A stretch of DNA of 64,000 nucleotides from an uncultured Acidobacteriota bacterium (GCA_963756015.1 CAVWMB010000006.1:1293949-1357948); one strand, 5' to 3'. Shown: positions 33,154 through 43,177, counted from the stretch's first letter. Made by a program: numbers and translations. Notes: generated by a model not told the origin, from the sequence alone.

Positions 33154-34039
33154 CACGATCAATTATGCTTGAGTTACGTTGTCGTTCAACGCCTTGAGCT
33201 CTTCCAACTTCAATTCCCGCAGGTAAAGAATCAGGAATCGCCTGCACGATAGCTTTCACCAGTCCAGGGATAGTGAACTCTTTGGCTGCGATGTCGACGG
33301 GTAACCCAAGCGAGCGCAATGTCGAGGATGTGACTGGGCCGATGGAAGCGGTTAAGATTCCATTTGCATTTATGCTTTTCCCGCGTGCGTCGAGCAATTC
33401 CACGAAGTTTTTGACGGTTGACGAACTGGTAAACGTAACGACATGCGGACGACGCCGTGGATTCTTCAGGGCGGCACGCAGGCGCGTGCGAGAAGCTTGG
33501 GGCACGACGGTCTCATAAGCTTCCACCACGTCGACATGTGCTCCGGCTCGTCGAAGTTCGCGCGGAATCACGTCGCGGGCAACCTTGGCGCGCACCAGCA
33601 AAACCCGTTTACCTTTCACTCGCCTGCGAAGACTGCGCACCACCGACTCCGCGACATACTCCCTGGGAACAACATCTACCTTCACGCCGCGCAGCTCGAT
33701 CGCCTTCCTCGTGGCCGGACCAATTGCCGCGACGTGGTGCCGCTTCAAATTTATTTTTGACAGATGCAGCTTGGCCATCCGATTCCACATGGCCTCGACG
33801 CCGTTCACACTTGTAAGGATGAGCCAGTCGTAACCGGCAAGATTCATCAGCGCAGAATCCAGAGGTTTTAAATTTCTGGGCTTGCGTATTTCGATAAACG
33901 GAACTTCAATCACCGTTGCGCCAAGCTTGCGCAACTCCGTCGAGAGTGCGCCGGCCTGGTGACGGGCGCGGCCCACCAGGATACGCAATCCGGAGAGAGC
34001 CCTGCTATGCTCATCAGCTCGCGGAACCCGCCTTCTCAT
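33143..34039 (-). CDS. hemD: uroporphyrinogen-III synthase
   Basis: LRILVGRARHQAGALSTELRKLGATVIEVPFIEI and later TFTSSSTVKNF. Its ATG overlaps the stop of the upstream PaiB-like gene (ATGA, 34036-34039). Confidence 0.8.
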   Translation of the reverse strand: MRRRVPRADEHSRALSGLRILVGRARHQAGALSTELRKLGATVIEVPFIEIRKPRNLKPLDSALMNLAGYDWLILTSVNGVEAMWNRMAKLHLSKINLKRHHVAAIGPATRKAIELRGVKVDVVPREYVAESVVRSLRRRVKGKRVLLVRAKVARDVIPRELRRAGAHVDVVEAYETVVPQASRTRLRAALKNPRRRPHVVTFTSSSTVKNFVELLDARGKSINANGILTASIGPVTSSTLRSLGLPVDIAAKEFTIPGLVKAIVQAIPDSLPAGIEVGRAQGVERQRNSSIIDRATP

Positions 34040-34701
34040 TCGCTATCCTTGGGGTCAGACGGAATTCGGCCGAGGCGCCGCTCTTTCATCATGCGAGCTA
34101 CGCCGGAAATAACTGAGTCGTCCGACTTGTCCAGAGATGCGATGACATTAGCCTGATCCTCTCGCGGACGATTCTGGCTGAGCTTGAATTTCCCTTCAAT
34201 CTTAGTGGCCGCGATTTCAAAACCCACGATCTGCCGCAGCATGTTCTCGCGAAATACCGGGCTCAATTCTTCCCATTGCTCCCGGTACGAGGGCTCAAAG
34301 GTTTGCATCAACTCATGAAGCATTTCATGCAGCTCTTGCGGCGATGAGAAAATGCGCGCCTTTCCGTAGACGTGCACCGCGGCATAGTTCCATGTGGGAA
34401 CGCTTTCGCGAGCCCCGTAATTGCTCGGGGAAATATAAGAGTGCGGGCCGTGAAAAATGGTCAACGATTCAGTTTGCTGTTCCAGATAATGCCAGTGTGG
34501 ATTGGCCTTGGCAACATGGCCGCGCAAAAGAATTTTCTCCTCTTCCGTTTTCAAGTCTTTTTCCGTTCGCACAAACAGCGGCAAGTGGGTGGCGAAGGGA
34601 CCCGCATCCGTGGAAGAGATGAGAATGGCAAAAGGATTGCCGCGCATGAACGCAACAGCGTCCGAGTCGTGGCGCAAGCGGAAGTGCTCTGGAATATACA
34701 C
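34036..34701 (-). CDS. PaiB-family FMN-binding protein
   Basis: Characteristic N-terminus MYIPEHFRLRHDSDAVAFMRGNPFAILIS and C-terminal KFKLSQNRPREDQANVI. 221 aa. Confidence 0.8.
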   Translation of the reverse strand: MYIPEHFRLRHDSDAVAFMRGNPFAILISSTDAGPFATHLPLFVRTEKDLKTEEEKILLRGHVAKANPHWHYLEQQTESLTIFHGPHSYISPSNYGARESVPTWNYAAVHVYGKARIFSSPQELHEMLHELMQTFEPSYREQWEELSPVFRENMLRQIVGFEIAATKIEGKFKLSQNRPREDQANVIASLDKSDDSVISGVARMMKERRLGRIPSDPKDSE

Positions 34702-34730
34702 CGATGAATTCTCTCGATCTTTCTCGTCCT

Positions 34731-35237
34731 TTATCTTGTTGGCGTCGCGGCTTCCTGATTCTTGCGTACGTGCAGCATTTTCTCCACTTCAGCGATCACA
34801 ACTCCCGATTCATCCTTCACTTCAACCGAAAAGACCGGCTCATACTTCGGTAGCGTCTTCAACTTCTCGCGAATATCGCTAATCTGGCTGTCGGACAAGC
34901 GAAACTCCGCGCGCACTGTGCCCTTCCCCGGCTTCCTGTAGCGGATGTTTGCTGCCTTGTCCCAAACGATGTAGTCGCTGCCCAGGCTAGCCATCAGCAT
35001 GAGCATATAGAAAGGGTCGGTCATGGCAAAGAGCGATCCGCCGAAGTGCGTTCCCACGTAGTTCGCATTCCAGCGGCGCAATTTCATCTCAACGTCGATG
35101 GCTCTCATATCAGGCGAGATTCGCGTGATGCGAACGCCCGCCCCTAGAAACGGAGGCCAGAAATTGATCCAGCGGCGGAGAGCATGCGTCCTGCCGCTTC
35201 CGCCGAGAAATTGCAGAAGAATGCTGCCACTCTTCAT
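34731..35237 (-). CDS. DUF4442-type hotdog-fold (thioesterase-like) protein
   Basis: 168 aa. The segment NFWPPFLGAGVRITRISPDMRAIDVEMKLRRWNANYVGTHFGGSLFAMTDPFYMLML matches my recollection of the DUF4442 family. Confidence 0.65.
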   Translation of the reverse strand: MKSGSILLQFLGGSGRTHALRRWINFWPPFLGAGVRITRISPDMRAIDVEMKLRRWNANYVGTHFGGSLFAMTDPFYMLMLMASLGSDYIVWDKAANIRYRKPGKGTVRAEFRLSDSQISDIREKLKTLPKYEPVFSVEVKDESGVVIAEVEKMLHVRKNQEAATPTR

Positions 35238-35317
35238 TCTGCACTCGAAATCATTGCTTGACTCGAAATCATGCTTCCCTCGAAATCATGCTGCACCTAA
35301 ATCATTTTTATTTGAAT

Positions 35318-36259
35318 TCAGGGTTGCGGTGGAACGGCCAAGCCGCGACGGTAAACGGCTTCGAGGATTTCGTCTCCGCCACGGTGTAACAAAATCTCCC
35401 CAACGTCATAGCCAAGCTTTTCGGGATCGTTGAGATTACCGTCGCGCGATTCCCGCAGGAGCTTCGAGCCATCGGGATCGGCAACGACTGCCTCGAGATG
35501 AAGTTTGCCATTGTGGATTTCGGCAAAGGCGCCGATGGGAACCTGACAACCGCCGCCCAGCCGGTTCAGCAGTGCGCGCTCGCAGGTGGTGGCGGAGCGG
35601 GCAGCAGCATCGTTCAGAAACTCCAGATACTGGCGAACCCTGGCATCCCCCTCGCAGATTTCGATGGCGAGCGCTCCCTGGCCTGCGGCCGGGCACATGG
35701 TTTCGGCGGGAATAATTTGTTTGACCATTTCCGTCCTATCCAGACGGTTCAATCCAGCCGACGCGAGAATGACTGCATCGTACTCGCCTTGTTCGAGTTT
35801 GCGCAGGCGGGTATCGACATTGCCACGCAGGGGGTAGATGTCGAGATCAGAACGAATGGCCTTGAGTTGCGCCTGGCGCCGCAGGCTGGAAGTGCCTACA
35901 CGCGCGCCGTGCGGCAGGTCGTCGATCTTCGAGTAGAGCCTCGAGCAGAATGCGTCGCGCGCGTCTTGTCTTTCCATAATCGCTGCGATTTCGAATCCTG
36001 GCGGCAGTTCGGTGGGTAGATCCTTCAACGAATGCACAGCCAGATCGATGCGGCCGGCGCCGAGAGCCTCTTCAATTTCCTTTGTGAACATGCCCTTAGT
36101 GCCAACCATGGCGAGGGCAACGTCAGTGATTTTGTCACCGGTAGTATGAATGATTTCAATTTCAACTGCGTGGCCGCGCGCGCCTAAAAGCGTGGAGACG
36201 TGATTGGCTTGCCACAGCGCCAGCTGCGAGCCGCGAGAGCCGATTCGCAGAGCGGCCAT
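35318..36259 (-). CDS. hemC: hydroxymethylbilane synthase (porphobilinogen deaminase)
   Basis: [34 protein letters not shown] and a cofactor-Cys region GGCQVPIGA. Its start shares one base with the hemA stop (TGATG at 36257-36261). Confidence 0.95.
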   Translation of the reverse strand: MAALRIGSRGSQLALWQANHVSTLLGARGHAVEIEIIHTTGDKITDVALAMVGTKGMFTKEIEEALGAGRIDLAVHSLKDLPTELPPGFEIAAIMERQDARDAFCSRLYSKIDDLPHGARVGTSSLRRQAQLKAIRSDLDIYPLRGNVDTRLRKLEQGEYDAVILASAGLNRLDRTEMVKQIIPAETMCPAAGQGALAIEICEGDARVRQYLEFLNDAAARSATTCERALLNRLGGGCQVPIGAFAEIHNGKLHLEAVVADPDGSKLLRESRDGNLNDPEKLGYDVGEILLHRGGDEILEAVYRRGLAVPPQP

Positions 36260-37572
36260 CAGTGGCGCGACTCCACTTTCCCCGGGCCTTCCCCCCGCGA
36301 AGCCGGACCCTTTTCACGCTCACCCAGATTGAATAGTCTTCGCACCACGTCGATAACCGTAGTCGCCTCCGCCTCACGCGCAGCCGTCTTCAACGTGGTG
36401 ACCGGTGTATGCATGACCTTGTTAATGATGCCGCGGGTAAGCGCTTCAATTGCCATTTCCTGTTCCGGCGTCAGCGGGCCCATGCGCCCGCGCACCCGGT
36501 CGATTTCCGCCTGACGAATGGTTTCGAGATGATCCTGCAGGCTGACAATGGTTGGCACCACATCGAGAGTATGCAGCCGCGCTTCAAAGCGCTCGACTTC
36601 GCTAGCGATGATGGCCTCGGCGAGCTCGGCTTCCTTGTGCCGGTCAGCGACGTGACAACTGACGGCCTGCTGCAGATCGTCGATGTCGTAGACGAAAATG
36701 CCATCGAGTTCGGCCATTTCCCGCGACACGTCGCGGGGCACGGCAATGTCGATGAAAAACATGGGCCGGTTTTTGCGGCGAGCCAGAAACTGCTCGCCGT
36801 GCTCGCGGCGAAAAATAGCGTGGGGCGATCCGGTTGACGTGATGACGATGTCGGCGCGGCCGCAGGAGTCGTAGAGATCATCAAACTTGATGGCCTGACC
36901 GTTGAATTTCTGCGCCAGCCCCACCGCGCGTTCGTAGGTACGATTCGAAACGAAAATCGACTCGCAGCCGTGCGCCATCAGATGCCGCGCCGCCAACTCA
37001 CTCATCTTTCCCGCGCCTACGATGAATACGGTTTTGCCTTCGAGGGTTCCGAAAATTTTCTTCGCGAGCTCAACCGCCACGGAAGCGATCGATACCGACG
37101 AAGATCCCACTGCCGTTTCAGTGCGCACGCGCTTAGCCACGGCAAAAGCGCGAGTAAAGAGTTGATCGAGTTGTCCGCGGACCGAGCCCAGGGCGCGGGC
37201 CGTGGCGTAAGCCTCCTTCACCTGTCCGAGAATCTGAGCTTCGCCCACAACCATCGAGTCCAGGCTTGAAGCCACGCGGAAGACATGCCGAACCGCGTCT
37301 TTCTCGCGGAACTCATACAAATGCCCATCAAGTTCTTCCGCGGTGAGGTGAAAGTGTTCGTGCAAAAAGCCACGCAGGTCTGCTGAACCGTTGCTGGTGT
37401 GGGTAACCACCTCCACGCGATTGCACGTAGAAATGATCATGCCCTCTTCGATTCCAGGATGCGCGGCGAGCTGGCGGCAGCAATCCGGCAAGCGCGATTC
37501 GGAAATCGCGAGGCGCTCCCGCACTTCAAGCGGTGCGCTCTTATGATTCACGCCAATGAGTTGGTATCTCAT
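36259..37572 (-). CDS. hemA: glutamyl-tRNA reductase
   Basis: [30 protein letters not shown] and the NAD site [17 protein letters not shown]. The ATG at 37572 overlaps the stop of the upstream gene (ATGA). Confidence 0.95.
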   Translation of the reverse strand: MRYQLIGVNHKSAPLEVRERLAISESRLPDCCRQLAAHPGIEEGMIISTCNRVEVVTHTSNGSADLRGFLHEHFHLTAEELDGHLYEFREKDAVRHVFRVASSLDSMVVGEAQILGQVKEAYATARALGSVRGQLDQLFTRAFAVAKRVRTETAVGSSSVSIASVAVELAKKIFGTLEGKTVFIVGAGKMSELAARHLMAHGCESIFVSNRTYERAVGLAQKFNGQAIKFDDLYDSCGRADIVITSTGSPHAIFRREHGEQFLARRKNRPMFFIDIAVPRDVSREMAELDGIFVYDIDDLQQAVSCHVADRHKEAELAEAIIASEVERFEARLHTLDVVPTIVSLQDHLETIRQAEIDRVRGRMGPLTPEQEMAIEALTRGIINKVMHTPVTTLKTAAREAEATTVIDVVRRLFNLGEREKGPASRGEGPGKVESRH

Positions 37573-38378
37573 GAGGCGAACCGGTGAATCGTGGAAAAAT
37601 AATTCGCCGCCCAGGCCACGATGGCGGCCACAAACGCACACGTTGCCAGAACCGCGGCCCGGCGCCCGCGCCAGCCTGAGTTCCAGCGCGTGAATACCAT
37701 GATCATGTATACGACCCACATCAGGGTCGATAACAGAATCTTGGGATCGGTGAAGTCCACATGTCCGTAGGTAGACATCGCCACGATCGAGCCGGTAATC
37801 AAACCGAGCGTCATAAACGGAAACCCGAGCAGCAGCGACCGGTAACCGATCTGGTCGATCACTTCGAGCGCGGGAAGAAAAGAAATCAGACTGCTGGGCT
37901 TTTTGGCCTTCAGGCGGCGCTCCTGTATCAGATAAAGCAAACTTGCGCCGAAGCTGAGCACCAGCGCGGCATATCCCGTAAAAATCAGGATGATGTGCGC
38001 GATCAACCATCCCTTGTGCTGGACGAAGGCCGTTAACAGGACAGGTTGTTCATCGATGGCAGCCACAAAGGTCAGGAAAAATACGATTGGAAAAACCACA
38101 ACGCCGGGCGAAGTAGTCTTGTAAATGGCATAGATGATCATGAAGAAAATCATTGAAAAGAAGGCCAGCAACGACTCGCCATTGTGTACCGACGCCCAGA
38201 CCACGTGGCCGGACAAAAACAATTCAACCAGGGAGACGAAGTGGAAGACCATGCCCAGGCTGGCTGCATGCAGAGCGATGCGGCTGAAGAGGTCGCTGGT
38301 GCGGGTGAGCGCAAAAAACGCATAGATCAATCCCACAAAATAGCAAGCTAGCGCGAAGCGCAACCAAAGCAGTGCCAT
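37569..38378 (-). CDS. cytochrome c assembly (CcsA/HemX-like) membrane protein
   Basis: 269-aa polytopic ORF directly upstream of hemA and overlapping it. This is the position held by hemX in the Bacillus hemAXCDBL operon. Confidence 0.75.
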   Translation of the reverse strand: MALLWLRFALACYFVGLIYAFFALTRTSDLFSRIALHAASLGMVFHFVSLVELFLSGHVVWASVHNGESLLAFFSMIFFMIIYAIYKTTSPGVVVFPIVFFLTFVAAIDEQPVLLTAFVQHKGWLIAHIILIFTGYAALVLSFGASLLYLIQERRLKAKKPSSLISFLPALEVIDQIGYRSLLLGFPFMTLGLITGSIVAMSTYGHVDFTDPKILLSTLMWVVYMIMVFTRWNSGWRGRRAAVLATCAFVAAIVAWAANYFSTIHRFAS

Positions 38379-38524
38379 AGATTAGGTAAGTATCAGAGTC
38401 CGCTGAATTTAATGCAAGCGGCAGGATCTGGGTGTCGATCATCCGGCCGCGAAACCATTCGTTCCACGCATTATATTCTGCGTAAGTAAGCGGATGGTGG
38501 GAAATGGCAGAGGCCACTCGCGGT

Positions 38525-38540
38525 TGTGATCCCGATCACA
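38525..38540. promoter_or_regulatory. perfect CRP-type palindrome TGTGA-N6-TCACA upstream of the hem operon
   Basis: The sequence TGTGATCCCGATCACA lies 147-162 nt upstream of the first gene of the hem operon (start 38378). Confidence 0.4.
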
Positions 38541-38574
38541 CACATCGCAGTGCCGATCACCATGAGCGTTGAAT

Positions 38575-38937
38575 CTAATCCACTCCCAGACCCGCCAACG
38601 ATTCTTGCAGGAGAGCGGCGTCGATAATCAAACGGCGTCCTCGGGCCCGCAAATCTTCCAATTCATCGAACGCCCGGAATAGGCGGAGCTTGGCGGCGGC
38701 ATACTGTTCCGCCTCGGTCAGCGGACGCCCGTGCGTTTTTACCCACGCCGTTACCGCCTTCTCGGGGAGAAAGACGCTGACTGCGTAGGTCAGCTTGCGA
38801 TCGGAAGTGACGTCGAACACAAACTCCGTGGCCGGCGCTTCCGGATCGTTAGCGAGAGCCGCGCGCTGCCCTACAAAGTAGTACTGGTAGACGTATCCCT
38901 GAGCGCCGGCGTAGGTCTTCAGGCGACGGATGGTCAT
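38575..38937 (-). CDS. hypothetical protein
   Basis: 120 aa from the ATG at 38937 (MTIRRLKTYAGAQGYVYQYYFVGQ...). The composition is globular but I recognise no motif. Confidence 0.45.
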   Translation of the reverse strand: MTIRRLKTYAGAQGYVYQYYFVGQRAALANDPEAPATEFVFDVTSDRKLTYAVSVFLPEKAVTAWVKTHGRPLTEAEQYAAAKLRLFRAFDELEDLRARGRRLIIDAALLQESLAGLGVD

Positions 38938-39180
38938 GCCGCCATTATGCAGGCTCGTTGGCGCTTTGTCGCTGGTCAGCTCTCCGCCGGACCCACGGCC
39001 CCCTCTCGACAAAGGGAATCAGCACTAAGGTTTAAATTCTGAGTGAGCGGCACCTAAGTTTTTGCCGGGACTTGCCGATACTCTCCTTGAAGGGCAGCTT
39101 CAGAGGGAGATCCTCGAGTTTGTCGCTCGGGTTGATTCCACAGAATTCCGAACCAATAAACTCTCAGACCGGTACAGAAA

Positions 39181-41028
39181 ATGCCGCAGTGGAATTGGAT
39201 AGCACCTGGTGCACTCGCCCTACTCGCGGCTTACCAGCAGCTTCACATGTACCGCATCCAGCGGAGATTCAAGCAGCGCGAAGAGCTGTTTCAGATCGTC
39301 ACCGAAAACGCGGCCGATATGATCGCCCTCGTCGATGTGAAAGGACACCGCCTATACAACAGCCCTGCATACAAACGCATTCTGGGTTACAGCGCCGCGG
39401 AATTGAGCGAGACATCCGCGTTTGAGCAGATCCACCTGGACGATCGCTTCAAAGTTCTCGAAGCGGCGCGCGAGGCACGAGCCACCGGAGTGGGCCGGAA
39501 ACTCGAGTACCGCATTCGTCACAAAGACGGCACCTGGCTGGTTTTGGAGTCGATCGCCCGCGCCATCCGCGACGAAAAAGGTGAAGTGACCAAGCTGGTC
39601 ATCGTCAACCGCGACATCACGGAACGCAAACGTGCGCAAGAGCAATTGGAACACAACTCGTTTCACGACGCTTTGACCGGGCTGCCGAACCGTAATCTCT
39701 TTCTCGATCGCCTGCAGCACTTATTCGGCCGGGCACAGCGCAACCCCGATCGCCACTACGCCGTGCTTTTCGTGGATCTGGATGGTTTCAAGAAGCTGAA
39801 CGATGCTCTGGGCCCCGCACTCGGCGACCATTTGATTCTCGAAATCGGACGACGACTTGAAGCTTGCCTCCGAGAGGCAGACACGATTTCCCGCCCCCAG
39901 AATGAGTCTGCGGTGAAAAATGCGGTGCTCTCCAGAATGGGAGGAGATGAATTCACCATCCTGCTGGAGGGCATTACCGATCCCAGCGACGCGATGCGTG
40001 TCGCCGCTCGAATCCTGTCTGCGGTCGCTGCACCGATTCTGGTCGAGGGGCAAGAAGCACACAGCTCCGCCAGCATCGGAATCGCTTTAAGCACGGTGGC
40101 CCACGAGCACGCTCAGGATCTGCTGCAGGAAGCGGACATGGCGATGCGGCGCGCCAAAGCCCTCGGAGGCGGGCGCAGTGAGGTTTTTAACGAGGCCATG
40201 CACACCCGCGCTATCAACCAACTCAGGCTTGAAAGTGAATTGCAAGAGGCGCTGAACAAGCGGCAATTCCGCGTGTATTACCAGCCGGTGGTGCAACTGA
40301 GCACGCGGCAGATTATCGGCTTTGAGGCGCTCCTGCGCTGGCAACATCCGGAGCAAGGCTTGATTTCGCCGCACAAGTTTATGGCCACTGCAGAAAACAC
40401 CGGCTTGCTTGCCGCCACCGGCCAATGGCTAATTCTGGAAGCCTGCCGCCAGCTGCGTTCCTGGATGACGGAGATCCCTGCGACGAGTTGGATCAGCATC
40501 AGCGCCAATATTTCTGCCCGGCAGTTGGCCGACACACGCTTCGTCAGCGAACTGGAAACCACACTGCGCGAGACTGGGATCGAGCCCTCACAATTGCGCC
40601 TGGAAATGACCGAGGGGGTCGCGGCTACCGACCCGAAGCTCACGACAACCATTCTTTCGAATCTGAAACGCCTACGCGTAAATGTAATCCTCGACGATTT
40701 CGGAACCGGAAGTTCGTCCTTGATCGGGCTAAGGCAATTCCCGGTGGAAGCCGTGAAGATTGATCGCTCGTTGGTGAGCGGAATGCTGCTCGACCGCGGC
40801 ATTGCTGATATTGTGGAGCTAATTCTCCTGCTGGGGCGAAAACTCAAGTTGCAGGTGATTGCAGAGGGCATCGAAAGCGCCAAACAGCTCGATCATCTTC
40901 AAGCCATCGGTTGTGAGCTGGGACAAGGGTTTCTATTCTCCCAGCCGGTTGAGGCACAGGCAGCAGAACAACTTCTGCGCCAGCAAAGTTCAATGGCGCA
41001 GGTCAAGGCGGCCAAAACTGCGGAATGA
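39181..41028 (+). CDS. membrane-anchored PAS-GGDEF-EAL c-di-GMP turnover protein
   Basis: One N-terminal TM span and a PAS region (ELFQIVTENAADMIALVD...). The GGDEF site RMGGDEFTILL is intact, and the EAL domain carries FEALLRW ... DDFGTGSSSL ... AEGIE. Confidence 0.9.
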   Translation: MPQWNWIAPGALALLAAYQQLHMYRIQRRFKQREELFQIVTENAADMIALVDVKGHRLYNSPAYKRILGYSAAELSETSAFEQIHLDDRFKVLEAAREARATGVGRKLEYRIRHKDGTWLVLESIARAIRDEKGEVTKLVIVNRDITERKRAQEQLEHNSFHDALTGLPNRNLFLDRLQHLFGRAQRNPDRHYAVLFVDLDGFKKLNDALGPALGDHLILEIGRRLEACLREADTISRPQNESAVKNAVLSRMGGDEFTILLEGITDPSDAMRVAARILSAVAAPILVEGQEAHSSASIGIALSTVAHEHAQDLLQEADMAMRRAKALGGGRSEVFNEAMHTRAINQLRLESELQEALNKRQFRVYYQPVVQLSTRQIIGFEALLRWQHPEQGLISPHKFMATAENTGLLAATGQWLILEACRQLRSWMTEIPATSWISISANISARQLADTRFVSELETTLRETGIEPSQLRLEMTEGVAATDPKLTTTILSNLKRLRVNVILDDFGTGSSSLIGLRQFPVEAVKIDRSLVSGMLLDRGIADIVELILLLGRKLKLQVIAEGIESAKQLDHLQAIGCELGQGFLFSQPVEAQAAEQLLRQQSSMAQVKAAKTAE

Positions 41029-41034
41029 GGGCTT

Positions 41035-41973
41035 TCATCGGCTGCCGTTACCGGGCGAAACCACCCGGCCATATTCCGAGGCACGGCTGAGACGATCGAA
41101 CATGCGCCAAGCCGCGAACGAAATCTTACTGATAGCCTGTTCGCCATCGCGCTCGTTGCCGAGAAAAGAGGTCATCACGCAAATCACGTAGGGACGCCCC
41201 TCGACGAAAACGATGCCGGAGTCGTTGCGGACGCCTTCGAGTGATCCCGGCTTGTTGGCGATCCTCAGATCGGCCGGCAGGTCGCGCGGAATCCAGGAAT
41301 CTTTGTTCGTGCTCAGCATCTTGAAGAAATTGGCAGTCGATTCTTTGTCGAGCAGCTTTCCACGGTAAATCGCCTCCAGCAGCGTCATCATTTCGCGCGG
41401 AGTGGAAATATTTTCGCGGCCCTGCTTGGCCGCCTGAACGTCCATCATTTTGCGGCGGAGGCGGGTGTGGGTGAGCGCAAGCGAATCGAGCATGGCGTTG
41501 ACGTTGTCCATGCCGACGCGGTCGATCAGCACGTTGGCGGCGGAATTATCGCTGACCGCCACCATCATGGTGGCCAAATCGCGCAGAATGACGCGGGTAA
41601 CGCCGGGCGTGAGCCCGCCCATGATGTCACTGTCGGGAACCAGATCGGAAGCCTGCACAGTGTAGAGATCAGTCAGTTTGAGCTTGCCCCGCTGTGCCTG
41701 GAGGTACAAATCGGCGAGCACCGTAATTTTGATCGAGCTGGCCTGGGCGAAGATTTCGTTTTCATGCAGCAAAAACTGATCGCCGGTCTTGAGGTCTTCG
41801 ATTGCAACTCCTATCACACCGTCGAGATTTTCATCGACATCATTGATGGAGGCTTCGAGTTTTTGCCACAAGATCTTTTGCTTTTGGGCTGCCGGAAAAG
41901 TAGTGGACGAGACCGACGATTTCTGCGCCGAAGCGGTTGCGAGAAGCAGAACAAAACAGAAGAGCTTTTTCAA
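41035..41973 (-). CDS. class A beta-lactamase-fold serine hydrolase (atypical active site)
   Basis: Signal peptide MKKLFCFVLLLATASAQ. S-x-x-K is ASSIK, SDN is VSDNSAAN, and the KTG-equivalent reads KPG. By manual alignment the omega-loop positions of E166 and N170 are Met and Gln. Confidence 0.7.
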   Translation of the reverse strand: MKKLFCFVLLLATASAQKSSVSSTTFPAAQKQKILWQKLEASINDVDENLDGVIGVAIEDLKTGDQFLLHENEIFAQASSIKITVLADLYLQAQRGKLKLTDLYTVQASDLVPDSDIMGGLTPGVTRVILRDLATMMVAVSDNSAANVLIDRVGMDNVNAMLDSLALTHTRLRRKMMDVQAAKQGRENISTPREMMTLLEAIYRGKLLDKESTANFFKMLSTNKDSWIPRDLPADLRIANKPGSLEGVRNDSGIVFVEGRPYVICVMTSFLGNERDGEQAISKISFAAWRMFDRLSRASEYGRVVSPGNGSR

Positions 41974-42102
41974 AATATGCCTCCGACGTCGCGATGAAAA
42001 CCAGACCAGTTAACCACAGAGGGCGCGGAGGGGGACAATAATTTCAGGATCCGGAACTTCGCCGAAACCAACAACAGATTTCCATTCCATGCCGGGTCGC
42101 TC

Positions 42103-43086
42103 TCATCCGTCAATCTTTGTCGAGCGCAACTGCTTTACGGCGGTCTCGGAGGTCACCGGAGAATAATAAACTTCTTTGAAGGTATAGGAACGCGCCTTGG
42201 TGGCGAGGACCGGCATGATTTCAATGTGCCAGTGATAGTCGTCATCAATGGTCTTCCAATAACCGAGAGTCTTGGAAGGATGCAAGCTGTTCGGTGAAGT
42301 GTGTAGCACGAGGTGGAATCCTTCAGTGAGGGCGCGAACGCGCTGCAAAGTGCGGCGCAGCAATGCGGCTAAATTAGTTCGCAGCCCCGGCTTCGACAAC
42401 CCAGTCCGTTCGAACGAGGCTTCGTGGTTGCGGGATAGAATCCACGCCTCATACGGCACGCGTGGCGCGTAGGGCCCGATGGCGACATAGTCGCCGCGCG
42501 CTTCGATGACGCGCGTGGCCTGGCGCTCCTCCTGCATAAGGATGTCGCAAAAAACGCAGCGCTCTTTGCCCATGAAATATTCGCGCCCCGCCCGCAATTC
42601 ATAAAGCACGCGCCGCGGTACAAACGTGGTTGCCGTGATCTGCGAAGTCGGGTGACTGAACTCCTGGCCGGCGCCTGGGCCAAAATCCTTGAACAGGCTG
42701 ACGTACTTGATGCGCGGGTCGCGCTTAAGATCGAGGATGCGCTCGGCCGCGAGCCGGAGAAATTGCCCAATCTCTTCGTCACTGGCTTGCCACAATTGGC
42801 GGTCGTGCCGGGGATTTTCCACCAGAACCTCGTGCGCCCCGATGGAATTCATCCGATCGTAAATGCCGTCGCCCCTGCGGCCAGGCTCACCCTCAATGTG
42901 ATAGAGCGGCTTGGGATGAACCATGGATCGCGCGGACCAACCGGTCGCGCTGGGCACCACCGAGATAACCTGCGTGGGGTTGGGTGCATCCGGGCAAAAA
43001 CGGCAGACCGTTTCTGAGACCGGCACACCGGGTTCGTCTCCGGTCATGACCCAGGAGCGCGTGATGGGATCCTTGCGGAGTTCCAT
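42103..43086 (-). CDS. galactose-1-phosphate uridylyltransferase-like (GalT/HIT superfamily) nucleotidyltransferase
   Basis: N-terminus MELRKDPITRSWV...CRFCP, a second Cys pair ERCVFCD, and His motif DYHWHIEIMP. Confidence 0.8.
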   Translation of the reverse strand: MELRKDPITRSWVMTGDEPGVPVSETVCRFCPDAPNPTQVISVVPSATGWSARSMVHPKPLYHIEGEPGRRGDGIYDRMNSIGAHEVLVENPRHDRQLWQASDEEIGQFLRLAAERILDLKRDPRIKYVSLFKDFGPGAGQEFSHPTSQITATTFVPRRVLYELRAGREYFMGKERCVFCDILMQEERQATRVIEARGDYVAIGPYAPRVPYEAWILSRNHEASFERTGLSKPGLRTNLAALLRRTLQRVRALTEGFHLVLHTSPNSLHPSKTLGYWKTIDDDYHWHIEIMPVLATKARSYTFKEVYYSPVTSETAVKQLRSTKIDG

Positions 43087-43177
43087 GTGTTAGGAGAACA
43101 CTGCGAGGAAGCCGCGTCAACTATCATTTCCGCAGGGGCCTGGGTGAACGCAATCACACGAACGCCCGAGGAGCCTT

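Noticed and set aside
37573-38010. N-terminal 146-codon extension of the hemA ORF (the track ORF 36259-38010 is 583 aa).
   Set aside because: The extension overlaps the hemX/ccsA-like membrane-protein gene in another frame and is low-complexity and Arg/Gly-rich. The conserved HemA N-terminus [14 protein letters not shown] begins at the ATG at 37572, which forms an ATGA overlap with the upstream stop.
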